Positions 50,001 to 58,546 of a stretch of DNA of 64,000 nucleotides are shown one piece after another (position 1 is the first letter of the stretch; each line of letters begins with the position of its first letter). The translations under genes were made by a program, and so were the position numbers. The DNA comes from Amoebophrya sp. A120 (Eukaryota > Protista > Dinoflagellata): positions 711,386-775,385 of the forward strand of contig CAJINV010000016.1 of the NCBI GenBank assembly GCA_905178155.1. The letters run 5' to 3'. The notes below the pieces were generated by a model, which worked only from the letters and a program-made list of their open reading frames with translations, searched no databases and was not told the origin of the DNA.

Positions 50001-53000
50001 CGCAAGACCCAGACAACATAATTATTTCCTTTGATATCTTGTTGCCTCGGTGATTCGTTGGCTGAAGACTTTGACGGAGAATTGGCTGCAACGAGCGACC
50101 GCATTGCCAGTGCTAGGAACGCCGCGGCGACACAGGGGGTGTTGGACCAGGTGGAGGGACATCTGAGTAGAGCAGAAGCAAGCTTGCGCGCATCGGCGGA
50201 GACGCTCACTGAGCTCGAAGCCTTTCATGACGGGATAATGGCAGCCAGTAGCAGTGCCCCAGGGGATGAGGTTAGTTCGGCCGAGCGGCTGGGTTTCCTG
50301 CGGGGTGCGGCGGCAGAAACGGTCGGGAGAATCAAGCAGCAAAAAACCCAATTGGCTGCCCTGGAACATAGCAATGAAGCTGCATCGTTGTCCCTTCGTC
50401 GCTGCGACGAGCTTCTGGGTGCGCAAGGCGAGGAGCGAGATGCTCAGGTAGGGGCAGAGGCCGACCGCCGTGGCCTTCGCAACAAAATCCTACTGGCAAA
50501 GGGCCTCTTGGATGCGGAAATTTCGGGGGCCGAAAATGCGCGCGGGAAGATTAACAACTACCCTCTGGAGGATGTTTTGGAAAAGGCGCTCATAAGTGCG
50601 CTGCAGCGAGCGGAGGATGCCGGCCGCGCTCTGAGCGACGAAGAGGGTGGTGGGCTGCCAGAGGCTTTCCAGCAGGCCTCGGTGAACCCGAGAAACGGCG
50701 ATGGCTTTGACACGCTAAAGCGCCTCGCTGGCGAGGCTTTGGTCGAGATCCAAGCGGGCGCCGCTGGTTACGAAGAGGCAGGCGAAGCGCTTAGTGTTCT
50801 TTCGGGGCTGCGCGACGACAATCCCGCGCCCCCCGCGGCAGGGGCCCCGGCTGGCACTGGCCAGGAACAAAAGCGCTATGGTGCCGGGTTGCGCCTTCTG
50901 CGGTCCCGCGCGATCTTTGCACGCAAGCTTGCCGAAACCGAGAGCCAGGTCAAAGACGCCCTTGCTTCGCTCCGTGTGGATTTGGCCCGCCACATGGGCA
51001 AAGAAACCGACGGCCACCTACTTTCCCAAGATGCAAACGACCTTGCGGCGCTGGCCACTGGGCTCCGGGAGGTGTTCGCGCTGCCGATTGGCGACTGCCT
51101 GAGGGAGCTCGACAGGTTTTCAAAAATTGCGCCGCGCGTCGAGGACCCAGCGGCGCAGGGGCAGCAATTGCACAGCGCCAAATTGCAGGAGCGCGTCGCT
51201 GCCCTTGCCGAAGAGGTTGACAAACTGCGTAGCGAGTTGATGGAGTTCGTCCGCAAGGCCGGGGAGCGCAAAATTGCCACCCTCGCAGAAGCCGAAAATG
51301 CGCTGCGGGACGTAATGGAACAGGCGGGGGAGCAGTTCAGGGCGGCAGAAGGCGCGCTCCAGGGCGCGGCCGCCGCCATTGCTGCTGCGGACTTTCAAGA
51401 GCCGGACACGGTTTGGGAAGCCGCGGTGGATGCCGCACTTTCCGCAGGAAAGGCACTTCGGGCTGCAGGCTTCGGCGCCTTGCTTGATTCCCGCAAGGGG
51501 CTCGTGGTGGGACTTGCGCAAGGACCGACCGAAAACCCCGCATTGCCTAGTTTGATTGGTGAGGCAGGGAAATTGGCCGCAGCGATCGCAGGCCACTTCG
51601 GCCGCCTTGATGAAATGCAGCAGTCGGTTCGCGAAAAGCGAGCGGAGCTCGCGAAGGGCCGCCAAAGCAGGCTGGGCGAGGCCTGCGGTGACGTAGCCTC
51701 TGCCGAGGGAGACGAGAGAGTCGCGTTCCACACCGAGGTGGCCTCGGCCGCTCAGCTTGAGGCGTACCTGGAGGCGGCGACCAAGTTGAGACGGGCGCTC
51801 GCACAATGTCGGGAGGCCGCGCGCGATCTGGCGCATCGTATCAATTTCGAGCCAGCCGGGGGCGTTGTTCTAGATTCCGAGGGGAAGCTGCGAAAACTCG
51901 CTGAGCGGGAAGGGACGAAGCGGGCGGAGCTGCAAACGTATCTAGAGGCCGCCAAGGGAGCCCGGCGCCGTGCGGCAGAAGAGCAAGAACGGCGCGGCCG
52001 CGCGCAGAAGGAGACGAGGCTGGGGAAGCTCCGGGACTTTGCCCTCGGTCTTGGGGGAGCTTTGGCTGCCGCAAATTCGGCCATTCGCAGCGCGGGGGCG
52101 CTGAAAGGGCTAACAGCCCCCCCCGGTGACGCCGCCCGGGCGTTTCGAGACGATGCCCGCCACGCCGCCGGAAAGCTCGCAGCGGTGCAAAGGGCATCAC
52201 GCCTGGAGCCTTCGAACCCGCTGCTACAGCAGGTGCAGTCTGCAAGAATTCGGGCGCAGGCCGCTGCTGGTGATGCGGTCTTGCGCTTTGCCTCCAGTAT
52301 CGAGGCAGCGCTTGCCGGCTGCGCGGACATCTCTCGAGTCGGCCATGACGGTTTCGGCGATCGCACCGCCCTGCGAAGCTCGTCCGGGGAAGGCCAACCA
52401 TGGCAGGACATGGCGCTGCAACGGGCCGGAGACATCCAAAGGGCCATGGACGGAGCCCGCATGAGTGCCGGCTTAGGCACCGCGCTTGACGTCGTTTGTG
52501 AAACGTACAAACTGCAGCCCCCGCTGCAGCAGCAAAATACCGTGTCGGACGTTGAGGCAGCTCTCCGAAGTGAGGCGGGGCGCGAAAAATGCGAAAAGGC
52601 GGCCAGCTTGGGCCGAGAGATTGCGCGATGCCGGAGCGGGCTAGAGGCTGTGGCAGTGTCTTTGCAGAGCGAGGCCCTGAACATGGCGACGGGGGGCGCC
52701 CATGCTGACGTGGGCACCTGCGCCGAAGCTGCCATCGAGGCGCGGAGCTTGGGGGAGGGCAGAATGCTTGCCACTGCAAGAGCAGTTTCCGCCGCAGCAG
52801 CGAGAATACAAGCGCGCGCCGCGTTCCTTGAGCAGTTTGACCCGCTTGCCGCGTCTACAATGTGGGGCACGGGCGACGGCCGCCAGGCCCGAACTGGCTT
52901 TGCGGCTGCGGCCGCAGAAAATGAAACCGCCCGTCGGGATTGCGAGGCAGCGGCCGCGGCCATCGATCGTGGCGCCCAACGGCTCGCGCAGGCCACGCGC

Positions 53001-56000
53001 CAGGGGTGTGAAGGCGACGGGGTGGCTGTGGCTAGAGAGGACGCATTGCGCAGCGGGCTCGAGGTCGTGCGTGGCGCACAGGAGGCGCTTCGGGCTCTCC
53101 CAAGAGGAGGAGGGCAATCCCCAGCCGGGCAGGCACTTACAGAAGCGGCGAGCGCCTGCCAGAATGCACTTGCCGAAAGGGAAACACGGGCGCGGCGTGC
53201 GTGTGACAGTGCAGGCGCTGCACTTAGCGGGCTCGCGGCGGTGCTCGGGCCCGCCGGGGTACCGGACGGCGGACACGGGCTGGGGCTACGACAACTCGCC
53301 GCGCCGGCTCAAATGGCATTGCGCGGGGAGGAGACGGTCAGGGCGATGCAGCGGCGGCTCGACTTAGCTTTGCGAAGCCTCTCCCCGGAAGCCGCGGGAG
53401 CCGGCTCGGGCCAGAACTGGCATTCTGTCGAGGAAGCATGCGTGCAGTTGCTCCGCGACGTGAACGATGCCGCGGCCGGACTTAGAGAACAACAAGAGGC
53501 AGACGCGCAGAGGGAGGCGGAGGGCGAGACGGCCCGCAAGGAGCTCCAGGGCTATTATGATCCCGACGGGGAACCTTTTCTCTCAGAGCGGAATGCCATG
53601 CAGGGCCCTCTTCAAAGACGTGAAAGGATATACTTTTCTTCAAAGACGTGAAAGGATATATATAGTAGAAAACTTTTCTCAGTGCGCCTCTTATGTAAAA
53701 GCCTGCGTTTGTCATGGGCGAAAGCAGAATAAGAAAGAAGTAAAATAAGTATCAATGGTTCAGCGCAACGGGCTCTGCCCTCGCTCTGCTTCAGGATCTA
53801 GCATGAAGGGGCTTCCAAATGCCCCGCATTTCCCGTGCGGCCCCTCTTCGCCGCACAGATGCCCGCATTTGTATCATGGCGGCTTTTGTTATGGCGAATC
53901 TTCAAACGCCGCACGCGATCTCAATGCAGCTAGTCACGCTACCTAGGCTTAGGTCATGGCGCGGCAAAGTGTTTTCATGAGGAAGGGGGCCCGCGTTGCC
54001 AGTACTGCCCGCTCCGGGGGGTAGGGACTCTTGACAGGGTCATAAGCACACGGACCGCTGTGTGGAAATTCGGTCCGTGGTTGAGCTATGTCCTGCAAAA
54101 AAATACGTCTGGGCCGGCGCAACTTTGGATGAACAGTGAAAAGAGCCTCCGCCGTTTGCATGCTTCGGGATGGAACTACGGTGGGCTTCGTTCTCGGGCT
54201 ATTCCGGTTTCCCACCTCAGACAGTTTATAAAGTAGTTACTAGGTATGTATCCTGAAGCGCTTTCGTGTGCTGCTGGGTCATGCATTTATTCAATTTCCG
54301 TGCCGTTCTCCTTCTCGTTTCCAGCGATGTTGGAAGCTTCGGCATTGGAAGGAGGTTCCAGCATAACGCGATGAAGCGGAGCAATTGATTCTGTTGCAAG
54401 AAGGGCCGAGGACGATGTTCCGATCGGGACGTAACCTAAGCTGAATGCATTCGTCTAAAAGAGAGATAATAAATATGCATCAAAGTAGCCCGGCGTATTG
54501 ATTCTTGCGTGGCATACCGCAAGAGTTTGGCAGAAGTCCCCTCTGCCCGTCTGGAATCGCAGCTACAGGAAAAGGTGGGTGAGGGGGAAACGAGTGTGGC
54601 TCAGCTGAAAGGTATTTTGGATAAGCTCCAGGGATTGCAAATTGCGTCGCCGCAACAGCAGCACCTCCTAGAAGAAGCATTCAGACACTGCGGAGCGGCG
54701 ATGAAATCCGCGACGTTGCTTCGAGACCAGGCGCAACAAAGCATTCAGCACCGGCAGGCTGAAGCTACGGTGACCGTTTACTTTCGAGACAAAGGCGCTG
54801 CGATTATCCTATGTAAAAACGTCCCCACCGCCACCCCAGAGTTGTCATGCAAATCTGCATGCTGAAAATATTTGTCACGCGGAGCCCCATGAGAGGCATT
54901 TTATAGTCGTGATTCGGATTTTGTCATGCTCTAATCAGAATCAATGATATGCTAGATCTGTGATGCTGCTGCACTAGCTAAAACAGGATCACACTACGAG
55001 GCCAAATTTGTCATGGATAGATCCCACAACTTGGAGATTTGTGTTGCAAATTTACCAACTTGACTATTGGGTGCGGACGTTTTTCCACAGGATAGCGATC
55101 TGTGGGGGACCAGGGTTGGGCCAGGCTTCTCTCGGTTTACCGCTCAATTTTTCGCCCAATCCGAACAGCTTGGCGCACAAGATCATTCTCATATGACAGT
55201 GCGCAATTCTTCCTCCTCCGCATTTGTCATGCAAAAACCCAAATCCAGTTGCTACCTTGTGGCACTGCTTGCATGACAAATTCCGGAAATCCAAACTATA
55301 CCACACTCGGCGCATGAACCTGTCATGCACAGGGTCCACCTGTACTGGTGATTGTAATGCTGTTGATGCCATACAAATCGAATCCAAATGAGGGGGAGGG
55401 GGAGTTGTGCACTCGGATATCTCAAAAACGAGATTTACAACGAGCTGCCACCAGAAACGGCGGAGCGGATCCTCGGAATCGATGTGCATTTTGGCCCTGC
55501 CCTATCCAAGAAAAAAACTGTGTTAGTGTAACTTTCTTTGGCTGACAGCATCACAAATTTGCTCTACACGACAGAGAAAACCTGTCATGCGTGGCTTGTA
55601 AGGGAAAATACACATGAAAAAAAAGAAAAACTTCATGGCTGTGTGGCATGACATGTGTAACTCTGTTGCATGTTCTGCATTACAGAGTTACACTTACGCA
55701 GTTTTTTTCTTGCATATCCCCCGGAAGGCGGCAAGAAGGTTTGGCTGATCAGTTTCCGCTATGCGTTGCAAATATGTCTGGGTCAGGAAGAGTTCGAATT
55801 TGTGATGCGAAGTCTACATCATGACAAAATCTGTCATGCATGGCTAGCAAAAGGCCCCAGTTCTTGTTACCGAAAGAAGGGATTTGTCATGCGGATTAGG
55901 CATAATTGGGACACCTGCTCAAAATCTGTGATGCTAGAGCTTGCATGCCAGACAATCTGGATCAGGCAAAAACTGCATCATTTCACAGATCTCACATTCT

Positions 56001-56085
56001 TCCAGACCCAGACAAATTTGCATTTGATATCCGCTGCGGACGCACAATTTCGTCCCGGGGTGACGACGAGGTGCTCGGAGCCTGA
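32025..56085 (+). CDS. Probable giant multi-exon gene: Cys-rich N-terminal region followed by long Ala/Glu/Arg/Leu-rich coiled-coil; true start upstream and unresolved; may be more than one gene
   Basis: The ORFs at 32094, 32774, 33619, 34223 and 35254 join in frame after removing four TIR introns. The last five exons (54509-56085) join in frame across four TIR introns. Between them are same-strand long ORFs (40548, 42739, 46887, 49000, 50031) whose joins I could not resolve. Confidence 0.5.
32310..32780. mobile_element. Degenerate TIR introner, family A-like
   Basis: Eroded TIRs; DR AGAAT/GTGAT; restores PTPQNGGRCLKK. Confidence 0.65.
33359..33586. mobile_element. Degenerate TIR introner, D-like
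   Basis: Eroded TIRs; DR GAGAT/CTGAT; restores WPRDDDQSG. Confidence 0.7.
34077..34426. mobile_element. TIR introner, family G
   Basis: TIRs; DR ACAAG/AGAAC; frame restored. Confidence 0.88.
34551..35396. mobile_element. TIR introner, family E, enlarged by a ~570-bp internal insertion
   Basis: Family E homology at 34551-34741 and 35309-35396; removal joins KWDG to KRNAYV in frame. Confidence 0.72.
35401..38300 (+). CDS. Very long exon (~970 codons) of the giant hypothetical protein
   Basis: Core of ORF 35254-38577; Cys-containing globular sequence followed by a helical/coiled-coil segment; 3' boundary approximate. Confidence 0.8.
40548..41430 (+). CDS. Coiled-coil exon
   Basis: ORF of ~300 codons, Ala/Glu/Leu-rich helical composition. 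Confidence 0.65.
42739..45174 (+). CDS. Long coiled-coil/helical exon
   Basis: 811-codon ORF, A/E/R/L-rich; true exon ends lie within or near the ORF limits. Confidence 0.78.
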   Translation: MSHDFKEKWRGGLQAKCIAAQLYTTRLLRVWEAVLDKIGDQIQAASKAEQDQRLKEAEEAEARSRVADLRRRVEGLLDGARKLVSRISDDRGAAEEARKDRYGGFLVRAKQLEDTASNLDQQARQLDRPGDGRFEDVNSKCNTAASELEVLEKEYDRERTEMQSEAERLAEWRRKKGELQGEGGPCFQVEAFAGDEATWATLEELVGEVDDLLAEQRGPGAGAVVKNPAAGNPGEAREAFRRLSESANAARGPLHWDTISGSEDIGAAEKACNKFDESGKALATALAARLVELGGSDSTAVPSAHPVSRLAENFMARYEQKGQDGISAELVDALTRVGRRWKPKEGHRADWLVSELLRCAAAIRNARDGWAREKERVERVCGAIANACAAEEGGGAAAGGPLRWPREHEYAELVDLVRDGFSSFSAPQQAGSRLSFGAWFAPLVAAALPPQRQEPLVGLLEGVQSAWDTSCLVGQVGSTRYAKLEDAWGRYLSELTSRLDVLGKAKEDAVRSWVGDFAGPLADVELQFAKEPAGLFLAHVDADASDSRASPCLGRGVSASARGLVSASIENMASQADEAAARAVSSLRVARAAAFGDAAGAEVDREADRLREQRGAQDTLQGDGLRIEEDTGRRFVAAVDGFHNALLEASIELPAPLTLGSAGDLWDAAKLLRDLAKGGSAEEIRTAQGDYRAKRESFVTSLGHWLSALAQWPGAGADRGSTEFLEASGYGAVPVFSRDLEGPATAAVGKVYDWAAGDLRRRAEKVEADMAQAVRNYRRGAHGQVDAALKELEESLALFCIALINVVLFFR
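47320..47664. mobile_element. Degenerate TIR introner, family E-like
   Basis: AAAAACGTGCTCCGTCCCC / GGGGCTGGAGGGCGTTTTT inverted ends. Confidence 0.68.
47672..47909. mobile_element. TIR introner, family B
   Basis: TIRs; perfect DR AAGAT; homologous (reverse) to 55192-55419. Confidence 0.85.
49000..49791 (+). CDS. Coiled-coil exon (core ~49060-49615)
   Basis: Helical Q/E/R/L-rich ORF core. Confidence 0.65.
   Translation: MLLLVRPCGSKEEDTAQPGYPRLNAGGTVFNSMSTGRQDGNEDALVQELITLVGSHLKARNENPLFVPVQQYYDCLDEVQSFVSAAGPFGDDAEFGQSMTTPLRRFREVKDQFEERAKKAQRPQLDRLFVEDFREQVISRQQEDHLALSNIIQQKQREQKTALDELRQQLLMMEEGAHSGQAQELDDLRARLEGIGLPAAWKEAARVHCNIHVVGSCVKFVRGTSSGYPSLYSFIFLSRMTTDTEEQEQEQGIYILTGVQVGT
50031..53651 (+). 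CDS. Very long coiled-coil exon (~1200 codons)
   Basis: 1206-codon ORF, strongly Ala/Glu/Arg/Leu-rich. Confidence 0.8.
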   Translation: MISCCLGDSLAEDFDGELAATSDRIASARNAAATQGVLDQVEGHLSRAEASLRASAETLTELEAFHDGIMAASSSAPGDEVSSAERLGFLRGAAAETVGRIKQQKTQLAALEHSNEAASLSLRRCDELLGAQGEERDAQVGAEADRRGLRNKILLAKGLLDAEISGAENARGKINNYPLEDVLEKALISALQRAEDAGRALSDEEGGGLPEAFQQASVNPRNGDGFDTLKRLAGEALVEIQAGAAGYEEAGEALSVLSGLRDDNPAPPAAGAPAGTGQEQKRYGAGLRLLRSRAIFARKLAETESQVKDALASLRVDLARHMGKETDGHLLSQDANDLAALATGLREVFALPIGDCLRELDRFSKIAPRVEDPAAQGQQLHSAKLQERVAALAEEVDKLRSELMEFVRKAGERKIATLAEAENALRDVMEQAGEQFRAAEGALQGAAAAIAAADFQEPDTVWEAAVDAALSAGKALRAAGFGALLDSRKGLVVGLAQGPTENPALPSLIGEAGKLAAAIAGHFGRLDEMQQSVREKRAELAKGRQSRLGEACGDVASAEGDERVAFHTEVASAAQLEAYLEAATKLRRALAQCREAARDLAHRINFEPAGGVVLDSEGKLRKLAEREGTKRAELQTYLEAAKGARRRAAEEQERRGRAQKETRLGKLRDFALGLGGALAAANSAIRSAGALKGLTAPPGDAARAFRDDARHAAGKLAAVQRASRLEPSNPLLQQVQSARIRAQAAAGDAVLRFASSIEAALAGCADISRVGHDGFGDRTALRSSSGEGQPWQDMALQRAGDIQRAMDGARMSAGLGTALDVVCETYKLQPPLQQQNTVSDVEAALRSEAGREKCEKAASLGREIARCRSGLEAVAVSLQSEALNMATGGAHADVGTCAEAAIEARSLGEGRMLATARAVSAAAARIQARAAFLEQFDPLAASTMWGTGDGRQARTGFAAAAAENETARRDCEAAAAAIDRGAQRLAQATRQGCEGDGVAVAREDALRSGLEVVRGAQEALRALPRGGGQSPAGQALTEAASACQNALAERETRARRACDSAGAALSGLAAVLGPAGVPDGGHGLGLRQLAAPAQMALRGEETVRAMQRRLDLALRSLSPEAAGAGSGQNWHSVEEACVQLLRDVNDAAAGLREQQEADAQREAEGETARKELQGYYDPDGEPFLSERNAMQGPLQRRERIYFSSKT
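53609..53660. repeat. Tandem duplication of TCTTCAAAGACGTGAAAGGATATA (24 bp, period 28)
   Basis: Direct reading. Confidence 0.9.
54805..55094. mobile_element. TIR introner, family E
   Basis: TIRs; perfect DR GCGAT; frame restored. Confidence 0.92.
55192..55419. mobile_element. TIR introner, family B
   Basis: TIRs; perfect DR TCTCA; frame restored. Confidence 0.92.
55503..55716. mobile_element. TIR introner, family D
   Basis: TIRs; DR TGCCC/TCCCC; frame restored. Confidence 0.9.
55760..56029. mobile_element. TIR introner, family A
   Basis: TIRs; perfect DR TCCGC; followed by the terminal exon ending TGA 56085. Confidence 0.92.
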
Positions 56086-56412
56086 CGAAGTCGAAGAGCT
56101 GTGCTTGAAGCCTGAAGGAAGAAGAACTTCTATTACAGTGAAAAATTATGCCCCCGCTCCGAAAGTTGCAATAATTTGTGATGCGAAGTGTCCAAATGAA
56201 TACCTTTTGTCTACTTGCATGAAAGGACTATGAATCTTTCTGATGCAGCAGAGTCCGGTCATATACATACATCATCGCCTGCACGACACGCGCCGCTGCC
56301 GCTCTGGGTGGGGTCTTTTGCTGCAATACAAATTTTTGCTAGTCATTCTTAAAAATCTGTGATGCTGATACATGCAAGAGGGCGAGTGTTTCCATTGAAA
56401 CGGTTTGCAATT

Positions 56413-56445
56413 ATATATACAAGCGCTCAGAGCGCTTGTATATAT
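56413..56445. repeat. Perfect palindrome, 16-bp arms with 1-nt centre
   Basis: ATATATACAAGCGCTC-A-GAGCGCTTGTATATAT; partial second copy at ~56456-56474. Confidence 0.9.
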
Positions 56446-56758
56446 CGTAGGGAGGATACAAGCGCTCAGAGCGCACTCTTAAGTTCTGGAGTAGGGGCGT
56501 TTTTCCTCACAATAACATCGCGCATTGACTACAAACACCAATCGTCTAGGCTGACGAGGGCAGCTCCCGTTGTAAGTAAGTAGTACCCACGGATTTTTTT
56601 TTTCGCAGCAAAGAAGCATTTATAGTTCCACCGCGGCACAACTCCAGGATGAAGTGATGCACCTGCATGACTACACATTTTCATCGATACCAGTACCGGT
56701 TGTCTTGTCCGATACGAAGAACCGAGCACCTCCGCTAGTTCATCACACTTTTTCAGGA

Positions 56759-56969
56759 TATCGTGAGAAAAAAGTGTTACAGTTACACACTCTGATGCAA
56801 GACAAGCAGGACAGACAACCTCTCTCATGCAGGAAGTGCCTGCCAGCCTCATCTCATTCGTGTTTTCCCTTATACTCTGCGTATCACAAGTTTTCCTTGA
56901 CATGCAGAGCAACTTTGTGGTGCTGAAATTCCAACACATGTGTAGCTGTAACACTTTTTTCATGCGATA
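56759..56969. mobile_element. TIR element, family D
   Basis: TIRs; perfect DR CAGGA; may be an intron of a minus-strand gene (ORF 56529-57005 stays open after removal). Confidence 0.9.
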
Positions 56970-58546
56970 CAGGAGTAGACCCAGGCAGTAGAAGAAGATC
57001 TGCAAGGCAGAACGAACTCAGTAAAGGACAGGACAACCGCTCGTGGAGCGTACAGCATCGATAGTGCATCACCATCAGAAGTTATCGGACACATAAAAGA
57101 AACTACTACGCAAAAAAGAGCGTTCTTGTGCCGACCAAGTATTATAGAAGAATGACGTAAAAAATTCAGATTCATTTTTTATCGGTAAGAGAATGAAACA
57201 ACAAGGCAAAATAATTTTAACGAAATACTCAATTTTTGTAAAGAGAAGTAACTTGTTTTTGTAGCCTGCTTTACAAAGCTATCCATACAGTGTCACCTCG
57301 AAAGGCAAGAAGTCTAGAGCATTTCAAGAACTACCAGCACGACAAAGAAAATGTAAAAAGAAACTACCTACTTCTGTGAAGATTATTTCGTACAAGAAAA
57401 AGCTTTGAATTTAAAGACGAAATCGCAGTGTAGTAAGTACCAGTGTACAGCCTTGCCAACAAGAATTCCACCTCTCCATAGCATGATCACACGATAAGAA
57501 GACGCATGCGCTGAATAAACTAAGCTTTCTATCATGAACTTTTCAGGGGGAAAATGGGAAGTGAAAGGCGGAAAGCTCTTGCTACACAAATAGATGGAAA
57601 AAGTTTTGCGTCAGTATCAATCTACATGAAAATAAGCACGACCATTCCGAACACAGTAAACATAAAAGAAAGACGATTTCAAAAAGAGTTCGAAAAAACA
57701 GTGTCACCCTAAGCACGAACAAAAGTAAAAAAATAGATCTGCGTCGAACGTAACAAGAGCTGTGATGACTAGTAGCAATAACGTAAATTATGCAGCTCCG
57801 CAAATGAAGTAAGTCTAAGTATAAGGTTTTGGAAACAACTTTCGTAGCGTGAAATAAAGAAGTAGCAACGTATGACTACCTGTGAAGTATCCTGTTGTCA
57901 TCTTCGCATCGGGCGAATTTGCATGGCTTGCAATGTAGGGGCAGCTTTCATTGTGTTCCCCTCTAGGTGGTGCTGTAGTGGTATTTGCTGTCCTTTCGTC
58001 GTCGAATTCGAAAGCATAAGCATTCCTCCCTGTCGTGAAAAAGCAGGCTTCATCTGCCGAAAGGGACAGGATCAGAGAAAAAACGACTACGGAGCCACCG
58101 CCAGTGAGCAAATACGATTCGGTTTTTGTTTGTCGTGGTTCTACTTCTTCTACCTACCTTCATCGACAAGCGACATTTATTTCGAATTTACCGAGTTGCA
58201 ATACATAGCACTGAGCATGCTTTTCGATGTTACCGCTGAGTGGGCGAGCTGTCTTGGTGTAAGTTGTAGTGGTTCCAGCTTACTAGTAAAAACCCTGAGC
58301 GACGAGGCAGATACGAGTGATCGCGGAGCGAGCTGGGTGCTGAGCGCTGCAAAGTCAATCGGCAACAAGTTGTGCTTTTTGTTGACATGATCCACATCGT
58401 GGTTTCAAATAGCTGCTTTAAAATCATGTAGCCCGCTTCGTTGAGAGACCGTCGTCTTCGTTTTTCTCATTTCACTTCATTTGGCGCAAGAGAATGAATT
58501 CATAGCAGAGTCTTCTTTTGAGGAAGACAAGGATATATTGACAAGG

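Noticed and set aside
51752-52996. Long minus-strand ORFs (414 aa, 312 aa) and similar ones at 40460 and 43500
   Set aside because: They are antisense shadows of GC-rich plus-strand coding exons.
32025-56085. GC-rich block as a prophage, virus or autonomous transposon supplying the transposase
   Set aside because: No recognisable transposase, integrase, RT or capsid motifs, and its exons are joined by the same host-type introners.
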